From an uncultured Chthoniobacteraceae bacterium (GTDB taxonomy: Bacteria; Verrucomicrobiota; Verrucomicrobiia; Chthoniobacterales; Chthoniobacteraceae): DNA of 53,331 nt. The DNA lies in the NCBI GenBank assembly GCA_964651005.1, contig CAZYVL010000002.1:1275-54605 (forward strand), read 5' to 3'. Positions within the stretch are counted from its first letter, which is position 1. Every line of letters begins with the position of its first letter. The translations under genes and the position numbers were made by a program. Under the pieces are notes generated by a model, which worked only from the letters and a program-made list of their open reading frames with translations, was not told the DNA's origin and ran no database searches. Positions 50,957 through 53,331 of this stretch are shown one piece after another.

Positions 50957-50999
50957 GCAGCAGGGCCGTGCACCGCACGCAATCACTTCCCCAGGGGAC

Positions 51000-51698
51000 T
51001 TGAAGGCGACCACTCCATCTTCAAACAGCGCAGGAGGCGAACGCCATGTTCGCAAAAGGCGGATCGTCCTTCTCGGACCGCCCGCTTCCGGCAAGGGAAC
51101 GCAAGCCGAGCGAATCCGGGAACGCTACGGGCTTGAGCCGACTTCTACCGGAGCCATGCTTCGCGAGCACTCGCAACGTGGCACCGAGTTGGGCAAAGCC
51201 GCCGACGCTCTCACCGCGCGCGGCCAACTGGTTCCCGATGCTTTGATTACCGCGCTCGTTGAAGAATGGCTGACCGGGCACGGCGACGGATTCGTCTTCG
51301 ACGGCTTTCCGAGGACAGTGCCGCAGGCGGAGGCGCTGGAGGCGCTTTTGGCCCGGCGGGGCACTCCGCTCCAGGCGGTTCTCTTTTTCAATGTCCCCTT
51401 TGAGGAAATCCGCAATCGCGTGCTCAACCGGGTGAACTGCCGCCAGTGTGGAAGGATTTTTAAGGTCGGCTTGCATGTCGCCTCCACGGAAGCGCCCTGC
51501 CCCGTGTGCGAAGGCCCCCTCTGCCGCCGCGCGGACGACACGCTCGAAGTGCTGGAGCGGCGCATGGCCGAGTACCGGGAAAAGACCGAGCCGCTGGTCG
51601 ATTTTTACCGAAAAAGAGGGCTGCTCTTCGAGCTTAAGGGCGGGCCAAGGCCGGAAACCGTTTTTGCGGAGATTTCATCCATTCTGGAGGCTGCATGA
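51000..51698 (+). CDS. adk: Adenylate kinase (start codon problematic)
   Basis: RIVLLGPPASGKGTQAERI......GFVFDGFPRT..QA..L... and the lid CRQCGRIF....CPVCEG.L..R.DD. The only in-frame start is the TTG at 51000, which gives a ~20-aa leader. AGGAGG (51032-51037) plus 8 nt plus the ATG at 51046 is 1 nt out of frame. Confidence 0.9.
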   Translation: MKATTPSSNSAGGERHVRKRRIVLLGPPASGKGTQAERIRERYGLEPTSTGAMLREHSQRGTELGKAADALTARGQLVPDALITALVEEWLTGHGDGFVFDGFPRTVPQAEALEALLARRGTPLQAVLFFNVPFEEIRNRVLNRVNCRQCGRIFKVGLHVASTEAPCPVCEGPLCRRADDTLEVLERRMAEYREKTEPLVDFYRKRGLLFELKGGPRPETVFAEISSILEAA

Positions 51699-52438
51699 TC
51701 CCGATCAAGACCGCCAAAGAGATTGAGAAAATGCGGATTGCCTGTCGGACAGCCGGAGCCATTCGCGACCGGCTCGCGGGCCTGGTCCGCCCGGGCATCA
51801 GCACCGGCGAGATCGATTCCGCCGCAGCCGATTTTATCGCGGAGGCCGGGTGCCGGAGCGCGTTCCTGAACTATCGCGGTTTTCCGGGCCAGATTTGCAT
51901 TTCCGTGAACGAGGAGGTCGTCCACGGGATCGGCGGCCCGCGGGCGATCCAATACGGCGACGTGGTGAAGATCGACATTGGCGTGATCCAGGACGGTTGG
52001 GTGGGGGACACCGCCACGACCGTTCCCGTCGGCGCGGTGGCGGAACCGGTGCAGCGGCTTTTGCAGGTGACGGAGGAATCGCTCCGCATCGCGATCACCC
52101 ATGCCGTGGATGGCAAAAGGCTCGGCGACCTGTGCGCTTCGGTAGAGGAGAAGGTGGTGGCGAGCGGGTTCACCGTGGTGCGCGAGTTTGTCGGGCACGG
52201 CGTCGGACGGCAGCTTCACGAGGAGCCGCAGATCCCGAACTACGGGCGGCGCGGCTCCGGCCCGAGGCTCAAGGCCGGGATGACGCTCGCCATCGAGCCG
52301 ATGGTCAACCTCGGCAAAAGCGGGGTGCGCATCCTTCCCGACGGCTGGACGGTCGTCACCACTGACGCAAAGCCCTCCGCCCATTTCGAACACACCGTCC
52401 TGGTGACGCGCGGCGAACCGGAGATCCTGACATGGTGA
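51695..52438 (+). CDS. map: Methionine aminopeptidase type I
   Basis: [12 protein letters not shown]........FPG..C.SVNE.V.HGI......GD.V.ID.G....G..GD...T..VG......GHG.G...HE.P......G....L..GM..AIEPM......T.D...SAHFEHT. Confidence 0.96.
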   Translation: MIPIKTAKEIEKMRIACRTAGAIRDRLAGLVRPGISTGEIDSAAADFIAEAGCRSAFLNYRGFPGQICISVNEEVVHGIGGPRAIQYGDVVKIDIGVIQDGWVGDTATTVPVGAVAEPVQRLLQVTEESLRIAITHAVDGKRLGDLCASVEEKVVASGFTVVREFVGHGVGRQLHEEPQIPNYGRRGSGPRLKAGMTLAIEPMVNLGKSGVRILPDGWTVVTTDAKPSAHFEHTVLVTRGEPEILTW

Positions 52439-52650
52439 GAAAAGACGCCATCGAAGTGGAGGGGAAGGTCGCCGAGCTGCTCCCGAACACGATGTTCCTG
52501 GTGGAACTCTCCAACGGACACCGCGTCCTGGCCCATATTTCCGGAAAAATGCGTCTTCACTTCATTCGGCTCTTGCCAGGCGACAAAGTTTTGCTAGAAA
52601 TATCTCCCTACGACTTGTCGAAGGGGAGAATCACCTTCAGAAAGAAGTAA
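52432..52650 (+). CDS. infA: Translation initiation factor IF-1
   Basis: [32 protein letters not shown]...IR.LPGDKV..E.SPYDL.KGRI.FR. Confidence 0.96.
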   Translation: MVRKDAIEVEGKVAELLPNTMFLVELSNGHRVLAHISGKMRLHFIRLLPGDKVLLEISPYDLSKGRITFRKK

Positions 52651-52783
52651 ATTTTACAGAAAATCGCTCCGGGATGGTTCGGTTTCCACCTCGGGCGGTT
52701 TTTTCGTCCCCGGTTTCGACCCCCGCCTTCCGGCCGGGCCGCGAGCGAGGGACACAGAGCCACGAAAACAAAGCCACGAATTT

Positions 52784-52897
52784 ATGAAAGTGAGAGCATC
52801 GGTAAAAAGATTGTGCGAGTCTTGCAAGATCGTGAAACGCAAGAACGTGGTGCGCGTGCTGTGCAAAAACGCCCGGCATAAGCAGCGGCAAGGTTGA
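52784..52897 (+). CDS. rpmJ: 50S ribosomal protein L36
   Basis: My own translation: [37 protein letters not shown]. It is below the ORF-track length cutoff. Confidence 0.93.
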   Translation: MKVRASVKRLCESCKIVKRKNVVRVLCKNARHKQRQG

Positions 52898-52927
52898 TTT
52901 TCGGAGAAATTGAATTTTTTTCAGCAT

Positions 52928-53305
52928 ATGCCACGACTACTTGGAGTTGAAATTCCCGGCGACAAACGCATCGAAGCCTCGCTGCCGTACATCTACGGCA
53001 TCGGGCCTTCCTGGGCGAAGAAGATCCTCGAACAGACCAACATCAACCCCGACATCCGCGCGAAGGATCTGTCGGTGGAGCAGATCAACCAGATCATCCA
53101 GGCGGTCACCGCCAACAAGATCCTCATCGAGGGCGATCTTCGTCGCGACATCCAGGGCAACCTGAAGCGGCTCCAGGCGATCAACTGCTACCGTGGCCTG
53201 CGCCATCGCCGGGGTCTCCCGGTTCGTGGCCAGCGTACCTCCACCAACGCCCGCACCCGCAAGGGGCCGCGCCGGACCGTCGGCGTGCAGCGCGCCAAGA
53301 AATAG
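52928..53305 (+). CDS. rpsM: 30S ribosomal protein S13
   Basis: From the ATG at 52928: [25 protein letters not shown]...A..IL.......L...Q.......I..I.GDLRR.....[27 protein letters not shown]. Confidence 0.96.
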   Translation: MPRLLGVEIPGDKRIEASLPYIYGIGPSWAKKILEQTNINPDIRAKDLSVEQINQIIQAVTANKILIEGDLRRDIQGNLKRLQAINCYRGLRHRRGLPVRGQRTSTNARTRKGPRRTVGVQRAKK

Positions 53306-53331
53306 CGGGGCCTTTCAAACGCTCCGGAATT

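Noticed and set aside
46750-51094. Minus-strand ORFs 46750-48252 (500 aa) and 48965-51094 (709 aa)
   Set aside because: They are antisense to rplE-rplR and to rplO-secY-adk. The sense genes are certain.
52651-52783. Intrinsic terminator or attenuator between infA and rpmJ, suggested by the T6 run at 52700-52705
   Set aside because: I could not fold a convincing G+C stem immediately upstream of the T-run.

Overview
This is a high-G+C bacterial chromosomal segment. Its gene content and order look like a PVC-superphylum (Verrucomicrobiota-like) genome, but that is an inference, not a search result.

- **Left end (1-7027, minus strand):** a tightly packed surface-glycan operon. It holds a GT1 fusion protein that runs off the window, a P-loop kinase-like protein, a Pol-beta-type nucleotidyltransferase-like protein, an acyltransferase-3, two GT2 enzymes and a decayed GDP-mannose-3,5-epimerase-like gene.
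- **Middle (7-36 kb):** housekeeping and metabolic genes: gltB with a divergent Lrp/AsnC-like regulator, rfbA, DUF1015, recO, xerC, rnhA, an LptF/G permease, a GlcD-like oxidase, a class II aldolase, pyk, dus, exbB-exbD-tonB-like, guaB and an aldo/keto reductase. Mixed in are two type II toxin-antitoxin pairs, a low-G+C islet with a split gene, and two short G-tract tandem repeats.
- **Right third (36.3-53.3 kb):** the str-S10-spc-alpha ribosomal supercluster (rpsL to rpsM, with secY, adk, map, infA and rpmJ).

**Most unusual observation:** an 852-nt ORF for a predicted secreted coiled-coil protein sits between rpsS and rplV inside the S10 operon.

**Other points:** tuf, rpsN and rpmD are absent from their usual slots, and SecY has an extra C-terminal hydrophobic segment. 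Several frame disruptions fall in or next to homopolymer runs, including an adk start that is 1 nt out of frame with a perfect SD+ATG. Assembly indels therefore need to be excluded before calling pseudogenes. Many long ORFs in the supplied track are antisense or off-frame shadows typical of high-G+C DNA and were not called.
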